From Nitrosomonas europaea (GTDB lineage: Bacteria > Pseudomonadota > Gammaproteobacteria > Burkholderiales > Nitrosomonadaceae), in the NCBI RefSeq assembly GCF_900167395.1, contig NZ_FUWK01000024.1, positions 1 through 32,000 of the forward strand: a stretch of 32,000 bases of DNA. Direction: 5' to 3'. The position numbers and the translations under genes are program-made. Positions within the stretch are counted from its first letter, which is position 1, and every line of letters begins with the position of its first letter. Below, piece by piece: positions 15,017 to 24,166 of this stretch. Below the pieces are notes generated by a model that was not told where the DNA came from, did not search any database, and saw only the letters and a list, made by a program, of their open reading frames with translations.

Positions 15017-16101
15017 TGGGCGAGTTACTGCCTAAGCTTGCAACCATTCCGGAAGGAATACAAAGCGCAGCCGATTACCTGCCTTTAGCCAGAGAACGCC
15101 TGCTGCCGGCAGTCTGGCACTACCTGGAAGAAGGCAGCGGCAATCAGGTAACACTGCACACCAATAACTGCGTATTCGATTCGATCCGGCTTATACCCCG
15201 GCCCATGGCCGATGTGCGAGACGGTCATACCCGTATCACCCTGTTTGGCCAGACACTGGCACATCCTGTCATCCTGGCACCACTCGCCTACCAGCGCCTG
15301 TATCACCCGCATGGAGAATCGGCCAGCGCCATGGCGGCCAACGCACAGGGGGGACAACTGTGTGTAAGCAGCCTGGCAAGCCAGACACTGGAAGAAATCA
15401 TCACTGCAGCCGGGCAGCCTTTATGGTTTCAGTTGTATTGGCAGGAAGATCGTCCGAGAACACTGAAACTATTGCGCCGGGCCGTTACCGCGGGCTATCA
15501 GGCGATCGTATTCACGGTGGATGCACCGATCAAACAGGCAACCATTCAACTGCCCGCCAGCATCAGCGCGGTCAATCTGGATACACCAGCGCCGTTTCCG
15601 GCACTTCTGCCGCATCAAAGCCAGGTATTCAATGGCTGGATGGCGCAAGCGCCCCGCTGGGAGGATCTTGCCTGGCTGAGAGCGCAAACCTCGTTGCCAC
15701 TGCTGGTAAAGGGCATCCTGCATCCGGAGGATGCCAGGAAGGTGATAAATCTGGGATACGATGGACTAGTAGTCTCCAACCATGGCGGGCGCGTGCTGGA
15801 TGGCGCTCCTGCGAGCCTGGCGTGTCTTCCGGAAATCGTCAGCACTGTATCCGGCCGGGGAAAGGTATTGTTCGACAGCGGTATCCGCAATGGGCGCGAT
15901 ATTTATAAAGCGCTGGCGCTCGGAGCCGATGCCGTACTGATTGGCCGTCCCTACATCTGGGGGCTGGCAACGGTCGGTGCTCTGGGTGTGGCCCATGTCA
16001 TCCGCCTGCTGAGGGATGAACTGGAAATGACCATGGCACTTACCGGCACAGCCAGTATTAGAGAAATTACCCGGGAGAAAATAATTTCTGATCGGGACTG
16101 A
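15016..16101 (+). CDS. FMN-dependent alpha-hydroxy-acid oxidase/dehydrogenase family protein (atypical substrate pocket)
   Basis: The 361-aa ORF contains FQLYW, TVDAP, LLVKGI, VSNHGGRVLDG and DSGIRNGRD motifs of the glycolate oxidase/LldD family. Its GTG start overlaps the piuC TAG by 1 nt. Confidence 0.85.
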   Translation: MGELLPKLATIPEGIQSAADYLPLARERLLPAVWHYLEEGSGNQVTLHTNNCVFDSIRLIPRPMADVRDGHTRITLFGQTLAHPVILAPLAYQRLYHPHGESASAMAANAQGGQLCVSSLASQTLEEIITAAGQPLWFQLYWQEDRPRTLKLLRRAVTAGYQAIVFTVDAPIKQATIQLPASISAVNLDTPAPFPALLPHQSQVFNGWMAQAPRWEDLAWLRAQTSLPLLVKGILHPEDARKVINLGYDGLVVSNHGGRVLDGAPASLACLPEIVSTVSGRGKVLFDSGIRNGRDIYKALALGADAVLIGRPYIWGLATVGALGVAHVIRLLRDELEMTMALTGTASIREITREKIISDRD

Positions 16102-16226
16102 AAATGATCGAGTTTGAACAGGCACCTGACACGGCTCCTTCGCTCCCCCGATAACTTCCGGCTAAATCGATCTTTATAAATCGATCGCTGCCCTATCAAG
16201 CTGTCCAGTGGTCCATTCCAGTAATC

Positions 16227-16805
16227 TCAATGCTGGCTGTGATGAATCACATGTGGAATGGCTGCTCTCAGGTAGTAGATCATCGACCACAATGTCAGAA
16301 TGGCTGCAATGTAAATCAGCCAGGTGCCAGCCGTCTGTGAATCGAACGCATCATTGATTCTGTCGTGGTAGAGCAGCAGGGGAATTGCCACCATTTGTGC
16401 AGCCGTTTTGATCTTCCCCAGAAAAGACACTGCCACACTCTTGGATTTGCCAATTTGCGCCATCCATTCACGCAGTGCGGAAATTGTAATTTCACGACCA
16501 ATGATGATCAAAGCAACCGGGGCATCCAACCGGTCCAGATACACCAGTACGATCAGGGCGGCGGCTACCATCAGTTTGTCTGCTACCGGATCAAGAAAGG
16601 CACCAAATGCGGAAGTCTGGTTGAGCACCCGCGCCAGGTAGCCATCCAGCCAGTCGGTCAACGCGGCGCCGGCAAATACGATGGTGGCAACCAGATTCTG
16701 CGTGGCCGGAGACATCCAGTCCGTCGGCAGATAAAAAATACCGACAAACAGGGGAATTGCCATGATACGCAGCCACGTCAGAAAATTGGGAAGATTCATC
16801 AGCAT
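16227..16805 (-). CDS. pgsA: CDP-diacylglycerol--glycerol-3-phosphate 3-phosphatidyltransferase
   Basis: The protein starts MLMNLPNFLTWLRIMAIPLF and carries the CDP-alcohol phosphatidyltransferase motif DWLDGYLARVLNQTSAFGAFLDPVADK. The start could be 16805 or 16799. Confidence 0.9.
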   Translation of the reverse strand: MLMNLPNFLTWLRIMAIPLFVGIFYLPTDWMSPATQNLVATIVFAGAALTDWLDGYLARVLNQTSAFGAFLDPVADKLMVAAALIVLVYLDRLDAPVALIIIGREITISALREWMAQIGKSKSVAVSFLGKIKTAAQMVAIPLLLYHDRINDAFDSQTAGTWLIYIAAILTLWSMIYYLRAAIPHVIHHSQH

Positions 16806-16913
16806 AACCAAACGCACTCCAGTCTGTTTTCATCCTGTCAGGTTGATAATCCGCGATACCAGATTCACCACGGGTTTTCTCCGCTTTATTCTGCATGTTC
16901 CACACACTCGCTC

Positions 16914-18447
16914 CTACTGGCGGGAATCTGATACGGCAGGTTCAGCAGCAGCATTTCCGGAAGCATGTAACAACGACTGAACCGCCGTTTTCCAGCCGGC
17001 ATACAGTCGTTTTCTTTCAGCTTCTGTCATCACAGGAGTGTAGATTATATCCCGTTGCCAATAATGTTCAGTTGCTTCCAGCCTGGCGAACAGCCCCACT
17101 GCCAATCCGGCCAGAATTGCCGCACCCAGTGCCGTTGCTTCCGTTACTTTCGGTACTTCCACCGGTCTGTTCAACATATCAGCGAGAAACTGGCACATGA
17201 ATCCGTTTGCCACCAGCCCTCCATCCACACGAACGACGTCGGCCTGATGGCCGCCATCTTCCTCTATTGCTGCCATCAGATCCAGGGTCTGGTAGCCCTG
17301 TGCTTCCAGTGCGGCACGGATAATATGCGCCCGGGTCGTATCACGTGACAACCCACTGATCATACCGCGCACATCCGGTCGCCAGTAGGGTGCGCCCAAG
17401 CCGGTAAAAGCAGGTACGAAATACACTTCATTACTGTCCGGCACACTGCGCGCCAGTGCCTCACTAGCTGCTGCATCCTGAAAGAATTCCAGCCCGTCCC
17501 GCAGCCACTGAATCGCTGCACCCGCAACGAAAATCGATCCTTCAACAGCATAAACCATCTTGCCATTCAGACGATACGCCGGCGTGGTCAGTAAACGATG
17601 TCGTGAAAGCCTGAAATCCGGACCGATATTCATGAGCGCAAAAACCGGTACCATAGGTGGATTTGACCATGCCCGGCCGGAAGCACCTTTGTCCGATCAG
17701 CGCCGCATGCTGATCTCCTGCCATGCCGCCAACAGGAATTTCCCGATCGAACAAAGCCGGGTCGGTCACCCCGAATCCGGCAGCATTATCGCGGACTTCC
17801 GGCAGAATCGCTGCCGGAATATCGAACAATGCCAACAGGTCTGCATCCCACTGCTGTTCGACGATATTGAACAACAATGTCCGTGCAGCATTCGTTACAT
17901 CAGTGGCATGTACTCGACCGCCTGTCAGATGCCAGAGCAGATAGCAATCGATCGTACCAAACGCTAGTTCACCCCTTACTGCCCGGGCACGCACGCCTTC
18001 AACGTTATCCAATATCCAGGCAATCTTGGTTGCAGAAAAATAGGGATCGAACAGCAGGCCGGTTCGGGCTGTTACCATCGGCTCAAATCCTTGTGCTCTC
18101 AATCGCTCACAAACAGTACCAGTGCGGCGATCCTGCCAGACAATGGCAGGATAAACAGGTTTGCCTGTCTTACGATCCCATAAAATGGTCGTTTCGCGCT
18201 GATTGGTGATGCCAATGGCAGCAACCGCTTCCGCCCTGCCGGCAGTGCGTTCCAGGATCGCACGGCAGACTTCGAGCGTATCCTGCCAGATGGTTTCTGG
18301 ATTCTGCTCGACCCAGCCCTTGCGCGGATAATGCAACTTCAGCTCTTTCTGTTGCACTGCAAGGATTTTCAGTTCCGCCGAAAACAGAATGGTACGAGTG
18401 CTGGTCGTCCCCTGATCGATGGCCAGAATCGTCGGCTGATCATTCAT
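16914..18447 (-). pseudogene. glpK: Glycerol kinase gene split by a +1 frameshift in a homopolymer
   Basis: The N-terminal ORF (18447-17542) reads [18 protein letters not shown]...MVKSTYGTG and then goes out of frame. The C-terminal ORF (17654-16914) continues FALMNIGPD...[21 protein letters not shown]...FTGLGAPYW...VDGG. The junction is at the A5 run at 17640-17644 (T5 on the coding strand). Confidence 0.8.
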
Positions 18448-18543
18448 GGTCAGTTTCGTACGAAAGAAACAGGAAATATCATTTGCAAGTCACCCGGTCG
18501 GCCTGTCTTCAGTCAGCATGGAATCTCCCGGAAAAGAGCCCGT

Positions 18544-18957
18544 TTACCGGTAATATTCACCGGAACGCTCCGGCTGATAAGTCACTTCCACGATGCGCAC
18601 ACGCAATACGCCACCACCCGGTTTGGGCCACTCGATTTCATCTCCCTGTGCAAGTCCCAGCAGTGCACTTCCTACCGGCGCAAGGATCGAAATCTTTTCC
18701 CCGCTGGTATCGACATCCTTCGGGTAAACCAGCGTCAGGCAGAATTCTTCGGCAGAGGATTCGACTCTGAATCTGACAGTCGAATTCATCGTCACAACGG
18801 TGGGTGGAATCTCCTCCGGATCTACCACTTCTGCCCGGGCAAGCTCGGCTTCCAGATCATCCCTGCCCGGAAACGCATTTTGCGAGAGAGTTTCCAGCAA
18901 TATTTCCAGGCGCTCTGCATCGAGCGAAGAAATCATGATTTTGGGTTTGATACTCAT
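18544..18957 (-). CDS. rnk: Nucleoside diphosphate kinase regulator (GreA/GreB-family)
   Basis: An ATG at 18957 follows GAGGAA. The protein (MSIKPKIMISSLDAERLEILLE...VVTMNSTVRF...LVYPKD...APVGSALLGL..GDEIEW..YQPE) is colinear with E. coli Rnk as recalled. Confidence 0.85.
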   Translation of the reverse strand: MSIKPKIMISSLDAERLEILLETLSQNAFPGRDDLEAELARAEVVDPEEIPPTVVTMNSTVRFRVESSAEEFCLTLVYPKDVDTSGEKISILAPVGSALLGLAQGDEIEWPKPGGGVLRVRIVEVTYQPERSGEYYR

Positions 18958-18995
18958 TTTAATTCCTCGTATTGGATCGTCCACATGAATTGTTG

Positions 18996-19016
18996 CAGAA
19001 AAAAGCCACGGCTTTC
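18996..19016 (-). terminator. Weak hairpin plus T-run downstream of phoB
   Basis: The reverse strand reads GAAAGC-CGTG-GCTTTT-TTCTGC: a 6-bp stem including one G-U pair, a 4-nt loop and a T-rich tail. Confidence 0.3.
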
Positions 19017-19235
19017 AGGTGAAAACACTCCTCCTGAAATGGCTCTGCAAATGGAAATAACTGATTGACGGACGCAACCGGTCTGTGTTGCATCCCGTTA
19101 TAGAGAACTAAGTCACACTTGAAAAGATGAAAAGCCGGGAAATCTCTTGCACTTACCAACCACAGCTAAACTCGCCCGGTCCCTGTCAGCGCAGTATAGC
19201 CTACCGCCCTGCCATTGACCAGTACAGGCCAGCCT

Positions 19236-19958
19236 TCAGAGTTCACTCTCACCGCGCGTGGAAAAACGATACCCTGCCCCTCTGACTGTCTGCACGAGAT
19301 CAGCTTTTCCTGCTACATCCAGCGCCTTGCGCAACCGGCGTATATGCACATCAACCGTACGATCTTCGACAAAAACATGATCTCCCCACACCCGATCCAG
19401 TAGCTGGGCGCGGGTATGCACACGTTCAGCATGCGCCATCAGAAAATACAACAGACGGTATTCGGTAGGACTGAGCAGCAACTCTTTCTCGTGCGTGCCA
19501 TCGTTCAGATCGGTAACGGTCACCCGGTGTGTCATCGGGTTGATCTGTACCCCCCCGATATCGAGAATTTCATCGGAAGCTTCAGGCAGGCTCCGGCGTA
19601 ATACTGCTTTTATCCGGGCAATCAACTCACGCGGGGAGAACGGTTTGGTAACGTAATCATCCGCCCCGGTTTCCAATCCGATTACCTTATCTCTCTCATC
19701 CACTCGAGCAGTCAGCATGATGACGGGAATCGGTTTGGTACGCGGATCGCGTCGCAGCGATCGCGCCAGCTCAATACCGCTTTTCCCAGGAAGCATCCAG
19801 TCCAGCAATACCAGATCGGGCAACACCTCATTCACCATGGCTGCCGCCTGCTCGGCACTGTTTGTACATACAGCGGTATAGCCTGCATTGCGCAGGTTAT
19901 AGGCGATCAGCTCCTGAATCGCCGATTCATCTTCCACTACCAGAACTGTTGCAGACAT
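19236..19958 (-). CDS. phoB: Phosphate regulon response regulator PhoB (OmpR family)
   Basis: The 240-aa ORF reads VLVVEDESAIQELI..LVLLDWMLPGKSGIEL...PVIMLTARVDERDKVIGLETGADDYVTKPFSPRELIARIKAVLRR and has a winged-helix C-terminus. GAGGTGAG lies upstream. Confidence 0.9.
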   Translation of the reverse strand: MSATVLVVEDESAIQELIAYNLRNAGYTAVCTNSAEQAAAMVNEVLPDLVLLDWMLPGKSGIELARSLRRDPRTKPIPVIMLTARVDERDKVIGLETGADDYVTKPFSPRELIARIKAVLRRSLPEASDEILDIGGVQINPMTHRVTVTDLNDGTHEKELLLSPTEYRLLYFLMAHAERVHTRAQLLDRVWGDHVFVEDRTVDVHIRRLRKALDVAGKADLVQTVRGAGYRFSTRGESEL

Positions 19959-20014
19959 TTCTCACCTCACTGGAAAAAGGGATATAACCCACATCCGGAA
20001 CATACAGAGCAATA

Positions 20015-20032
20015 ATGACAGAATGATGACAG
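20015..20032 (-). promoter_or_regulatory. Pho box (PhoB binding site) upstream of phoB
   Basis: The reverse strand reads CTGTCAT-CATT-CTGTCAT, two 7-bp direct repeats with an 11-bp period. A 10-nt gap separates it from a TATGTT -10-like hexamer. It lies 57-74 nt upstream of the phoB ATG. Confidence 0.7.
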
Positions 20033-20473
20033 CTCAGCCCTTTGGTGGACACAGCCCTAGCGATAATAATCGCTATACTCACGCCACCGCACTACGATAA
20101 GCAAGCACCCAGCCACTGTACTCTCAATCTCACAATTTCCTTACAGAAGGCATGTCGCCACTGATGATTCAGATCGTGCCTAAAAACCAGCCATGAAGTT
20201 GAGGCGCAATCAGTTTTGCCAGCCGACTTGAGTCAGGTCCAGCAACGATATCCTTCTGTTGATAATGATAGCAAGCCGTGTTCAGCATGATGTTCGGGTG
20301 CAGAACATAGTCGATGGCCAGTGCGTGTTGCAGGCAGTTGCGTAGTGTCCATGGCTGAACGCCCACAGACAGGCGACTTACATGAACTGGAGAGCGAGAA
20401 CACCATAAAAGGCCGCTTGATGGTGACCTTCGGCTTTCAATCGGGATATATTTCGATACTTTGATCGTAGTTA

Positions 20474-20512
20474 GGAATTCGTCGGGCAGGATACTGATCC
20501 TGCCAGAATTCC
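20474..20512 (-). terminator. Strong hairpin immediately downstream of tRNA-Ser
   Basis: GGAATTC-GTCG-GGCAGGAT-ACTG-ATCCTGCC-A-GAATTCC forms 8-bp and 7-bp stems with a small internal loop. It starts 14 nt past the tRNA 3' end. It has no T-tract. Confidence 0.4.
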
Positions 20513-20520
20513 ACTATTTG

Positions 20521-20618
<98 letters not shown>

Positions 20619-20664
20619 GTGGGTGATATTCTTATATCAGCTTACGCTGCAAAAGTCGGTAATA

Positions 20665-21912
20665 CTAACACGTTTTTGTGCTGGTGTTATTCACCTGATC
20701 CAGATCAAAAGCTTTGTGCAGAACCCGGACCGCTAATTCCATATACTTCTCATCAACTACGACAGAAATTTTGATTTCTGAAGTTGCAATCATACGAATA
20801 TTGATTCCCTCTTCTGCCAGAACACGAAACATTTTGCTGGCGATACCGGCATAGGAACGCATTCCCACCCCGATCACCGAGACCTTGGCGATTTTATCCC
20901 CGCCAATGACTTCACGCGCACCGATATGAGGCAATACCTGTTGTTTCAGTACATCCATCGTTCTGGCATATTCGTTCCGGTGAACCGTAAATGAAAAGTC
21001 AGTGGTATCATCATGCCCAACGTTCTGGATGATCATATCGACGTCTATATTGGCATCTGCCACCGGGCCCAGTATCTGATAGGCAATACCAGGGTGATCC
21101 GGCACACCTACCACCGTGATTTTCGATTCGTCACGATTAAATGCAATCCCCGAGATTATGGGCTGTTCCATCTTGTTATCTTCCTCAAACGTGATCAGCG
21201 TACCTTCGCCTTCCTCAAAGCTGGAAAGAACCCTGAGCTTGACCTTGTATTTACCGGCAAACTCCACCGAACGTATTTGCAGCACCTTGGAGCCCAGGCT
21301 GGCCATTTCAAGCATTTCTTCGAATGTAATGGTATCCAGTTTCCGGGCTTCCGGCACCACACGCGGATCAGTGGTATAAATACCGTTGACGTCCGTGTAG
21401 ATTTGGCATTCGTCCGCCTTGAGCGCTGCAGCCAGTGCAACCGCCGTAGTATCTGAGCCACCCCGCCCCAACGTCGTAATATCACCCGTTTCATCAACGC
21501 CCTGGAATCCGGCCACAATAATCACGTAACCCGCTGCCAGATCGGCACGAATGGGGTCTTCATCGATCTTCAGGATACGCGCCTTGGTATGGGCACTGTC
21601 AGTCGTGATACTGACTTGAGGACCGGTATAGCTTTTTGCCTTGATCCCCAGCTCACGCAAAGCCATCGCCAGTAATCCGATCGTTACCTGTTCGCCGGTG
21701 GACAGAATGACATCCAGTTCACGGGGATCAGGATTGGGTTGAATCTCTTTTGCCAGCGAAATCAGACGATTGGTTTCTCCGCTCATGGCTGATACGACGA
21801 CTACCAGCTCATGCCCCTGCGCCCGAAACTCAGCCACACGATGCGCAACCTGTTTAATGCGCTCGGTGCTGCCTACCGAAGTGCCACCATATTTTTGAAC
21901 GAGGAACGCCAC
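20665..21912 (-). CDS. lysC: Aspartate kinase
   Basis: The 415-aa ORF has a GTG start and reads MAFLVQKYGGTSVGSTERI...VVVVSAMSGETNRLI...TLGRGGSDTTAVALAAAL. It has two C-terminal ACT-like regions. Confidence 0.95.
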   Translation of the reverse strand: MAFLVQKYGGTSVGSTERIKQVAHRVAEFRAQGHELVVVVSAMSGETNRLISLAKEIQPNPDPRELDVILSTGEQVTIGLLAMALRELGIKAKSYTGPQVSITTDSAHTKARILKIDEDPIRADLAAGYVIIVAGFQGVDETGDITTLGRGGSDTTAVALAAALKADECQIYTDVNGIYTTDPRVVPEARKLDTITFEEMLEMASLGSKVLQIRSVEFAGKYKVKLRVLSSFEEGEGTLITFEEDNKMEQPIISGIAFNRDESKITVVGVPDHPGIAYQILGPVADANIDVDMIIQNVGHDDTTDFSFTVHRNEYARTMDVLKQQVLPHIGAREVIGGDKIAKVSVIGVGMRSYAGIASKMFRVLAEEGINIRMIATSEIKISVVVDEKYMELAVRVLHKAFDLDQVNNTSTKTC

Positions 21913-22010
21913 GAAATTTTTTCTCAGGAATAAATGATCAAACAGCCTGAACGGCGGTGAATTCTACACATTTCTCTGAAAGAATTCTATTTCCAGACCA
22001 GACGAAAGCC

Positions 22011-22081
22011 AAAAATATGAGTCTGCCGCTACCTGTAGAACCAGATCGTAAAGATCAGGGGACTGATTTCAGCAGACTCAT
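22011..22081 (-). terminator. Large structured hairpin with T-run downstream of the lipoprotein gene
   Basis: There is a perfect 10-bp inverted repeat, ATGAGTCTGC (22017-22026) and GCAGACTCAT (22072-22081), with internal sub-stems. On the reverse strand it is followed by ATTTTT (22011-22016). Confidence 0.45.
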
Positions 22082-22107
22082 GACATTTCCATAAAACCTG
22101 AGAACAA

Positions 22108-22695
22108 TCAGAAATCGATCCCCAGTTCGCGCAGTGTTTCTTTGGTTATTTTGCCTTCAGCCAAACCATGTTGTTTCTGGAAATCGATCAATGCACCTCT
22201 GCTGCGTGGCCCCAGTTTACCGTCCGCCACTCCCGGATTCAAACCGGCATCTGTCAAAGCCTGCTGAACTTTGCGGATCAGATCCGGTGTGGCTTTGACG
22301 ACTTCCTGACCATCATCAGCAGATCCTGCTGCTGAATCTGTTGCAGGGGCTGCTGCTACAGACCCGGTTTCTTCAGCGCCACTCGCAGTCGTTTCTTCCG
22401 GTTCAGGTTCTACTTCACCATTTAAAGCACCACCAGTACGCTGGATAATTTCATCTGCTTTTGCCAGAATCGATTCCAGTGATTCTTCTTCCATGACCTC
22501 GCCAGACTCGGTCTCACCCGATTCAACGGGTACTGATCCAGTCACGATCTCATCACTCTGGACAGCTTCTTCGGTTACCCCGATCTGATTCTGCGCGGTG
22601 GTTTCTTCCGGCTCATCACCACAACCCGCTACAAACGCAACCAAAGATAGCATCAGAACACATTTTGCAAAACGATCAAGATTTATCACTTTCAT
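22108..22695 (-). CDS. Acidic lipoprotein with a C-terminal peptidoglycan-binding (PG_binding_1-like) domain
   Basis: It has a signal peptide with the lipobox LVAFVAGC and a long E/T/S-rich linker. The C-terminus reads LTDAGLNPGVADGKLGPRSRGALIDFQKQHGLAEGKITKETLRELG. GAGGAGG lies upstream. Confidence 0.75.
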   Translation of the reverse strand: MKVINLDRFAKCVLMLSLVAFVAGCGDEPEETTAQNQIGVTEEAVQSDEIVTGSVPVESGETESGEVMEEESLESILAKADEIIQRTGGALNGEVEPEPEETTASGAEETGSVAAAPATDSAAGSADDGQEVVKATPDLIRKVQQALTDAGLNPGVADGKLGPRSRGALIDFQKQHGLAEGKITKETLRELGIDF

Positions 22696-22946
22696 TCCCG
22701 AACCTCCTCATGAAAAAATCAATGAATCTCCCGGATATCTAAAACCAGGCCTGAAAATTCCCGCTTCCTGAACCAACCGAGCCATGCCCGGCCAATCAGG
22801 CAGATATAACCCCGCAATATACACCCTTCATACGATCATTCCATCCTATGATGACATAAGAATCGTTTTTAATGATCTATCGGGTGAAAAGCAAAATCGC
22901 ACAAATCGACAACGATACCCGGCAACTGTTTTTCAGGAGAATTACT

Positions 22947-24122
22947 ATGAACAAAACCATTCTCGTCCTCAATGCCGGCTCATCCAGTCTCAAATTCGCA
23001 CTCTATCAAACGACACATGAAAGCATATCGATGATCTGCCGGGGAAAAATCGAGATCGGCGGTAATGCTTCATCCCGGTTTCAAGTCAAGGATTCCCGGG
23101 GAGAGCTACTCTGGCAGCAGTCTCTTCACATTACCCATCATGAAAACGCGATAGAGGTACTTTTACAATGGCTGGAAACACGAACGGACAAGCGACAGCC
23201 AATAGTAGCAGGTCACCGTGTCGTCCATGGCGGCATGCTATTCAACCGACCGGTCCTCATCGATGAACAGGTCATCACCCGACTGCTGCAACTGGTTCCA
23301 CTGGCACCGCTGCATCAGTCCGACAGCCTGGCAGGAATCAGCGCATTACGACGACTCAGACCGGATTTACCACAGGTTGCCTGTTTCGATACCAGTTTTC
23401 ATCGTACCATGCCCGATGAGGAACAGATTTATGCGCTGCCCGGCCATCTGACAGACCAGGGAATCCGGCGTTACGGTTTTCATGGGTTGTCCTACGAGTA
23501 TATTGCCCATATCCTGCCCAATCATCTGGGCGATCGGGCAACAGGACGTATCGTAGTAGCACATCTTGGCAACGGTGCCAGCCTGTGCGCTTTACGGCAG
23601 GGCAAAAGTATCGCCACGACCATGGGATTCACACCGCTGGAAGGTTTGCCGATGGGTACACGTTGCGGCAACCTCGATCCGGCGGTACTGCTTTACCTGA
23701 TGCGGGAACAACAAATGGACCACGATACTCTGACGAATCTGTTACATCGGCAAGCTGGGTTACTGGGTGTTTCCGGTATCAGCGCCGATATGCGCACGTT
23801 ACTGGCCAGCGATGATCCCGGCGCCAAACGGGCCGTTGACCTGTTCGTCTGGCAGGTATGCCGTCAGTTGGGGGCAATGGTAGCCTTACTGGAAGGGATC
23901 GATGGTCTGGTTTTCACTGCAGGTATCGGCGAGCATGCATCGCAGATCCGTACACGGATATGTGCCCGCCTCAAATGGCTGTCGATCGAGCTCGATGAAT
24001 CTGCCAATCAGGCCAATGCCATCCGTATCAGCACTGCCGACAGCCATACGCCGGTCCTCGTTCTGCCAACCGATGAAGAAACCATCATCGCCCGCCACAC
24101 ATTGCGACTCATCGCGGCATGA
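22947..24122 (+). CDS. ackA: Acetate kinase
   Basis: An ATG at 22947 follows AGGAGA. The protein reads MNKTILVLNAGSSSLKFALY...GHRVVHGG...FDTSFHRTMP...RYGFHGLSYEY...AHLGNGAS...GTRCGNLDP. The upstream 25 codons of the tracked ORF were discarded. Confidence 0.95.
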   Translation: MNKTILVLNAGSSSLKFALYQTTHESISMICRGKIEIGGNASSRFQVKDSRGELLWQQSLHITHHENAIEVLLQWLETRTDKRQPIVAGHRVVHGGMLFNRPVLIDEQVITRLLQLVPLAPLHQSDSLAGISALRRLRPDLPQVACFDTSFHRTMPDEEQIYALPGHLTDQGIRRYGFHGLSYEYIAHILPNHLGDRATGRIVVAHLGNGASLCALRQGKSIATTMGFTPLEGLPMGTRCGNLDPAVLLYLMREQQMDHDTLTNLLHRQAGLLGVSGISADMRTLLASDDPGAKRAVDLFVWQVCRQLGAMVALLEGIDGLVFTAGIGEHASQIRTRICARLKWLSIELDESANQANAIRISTADSHTPVLVLPTDEETIIARHTLRLIAA

Positions 24123-24166
24123 ACCGGGACACCTCCCATGACTTGACCTTAATGAGGTAATTCGCC

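Noticed and set aside
16164-16186. Direct repeat AAATCGATC-TTTAT-AAATCGATC between the convergent oxidase and pgsA genes
   Set aside because: It is a short, low-complexity repeat built on the ATCGAT palindrome. It forms at best a 6-bp hairpin, and there is no evidence of function.
20169-20366. The 65-aa reverse ORF between phoB and tRNA-Ser
   Set aside because: It has no motif I can assign, a GTG start and no SD. I kept it only as context in a low-interest finding.
21913-22107. A possible lysine riboswitch in the lysC 5' region
   Set aside because: I read the reverse strand and found none of the conserved L-box elements I remember. The structure present (22011-22081) is better explained as the terminator of the upstream lipoprotein gene.
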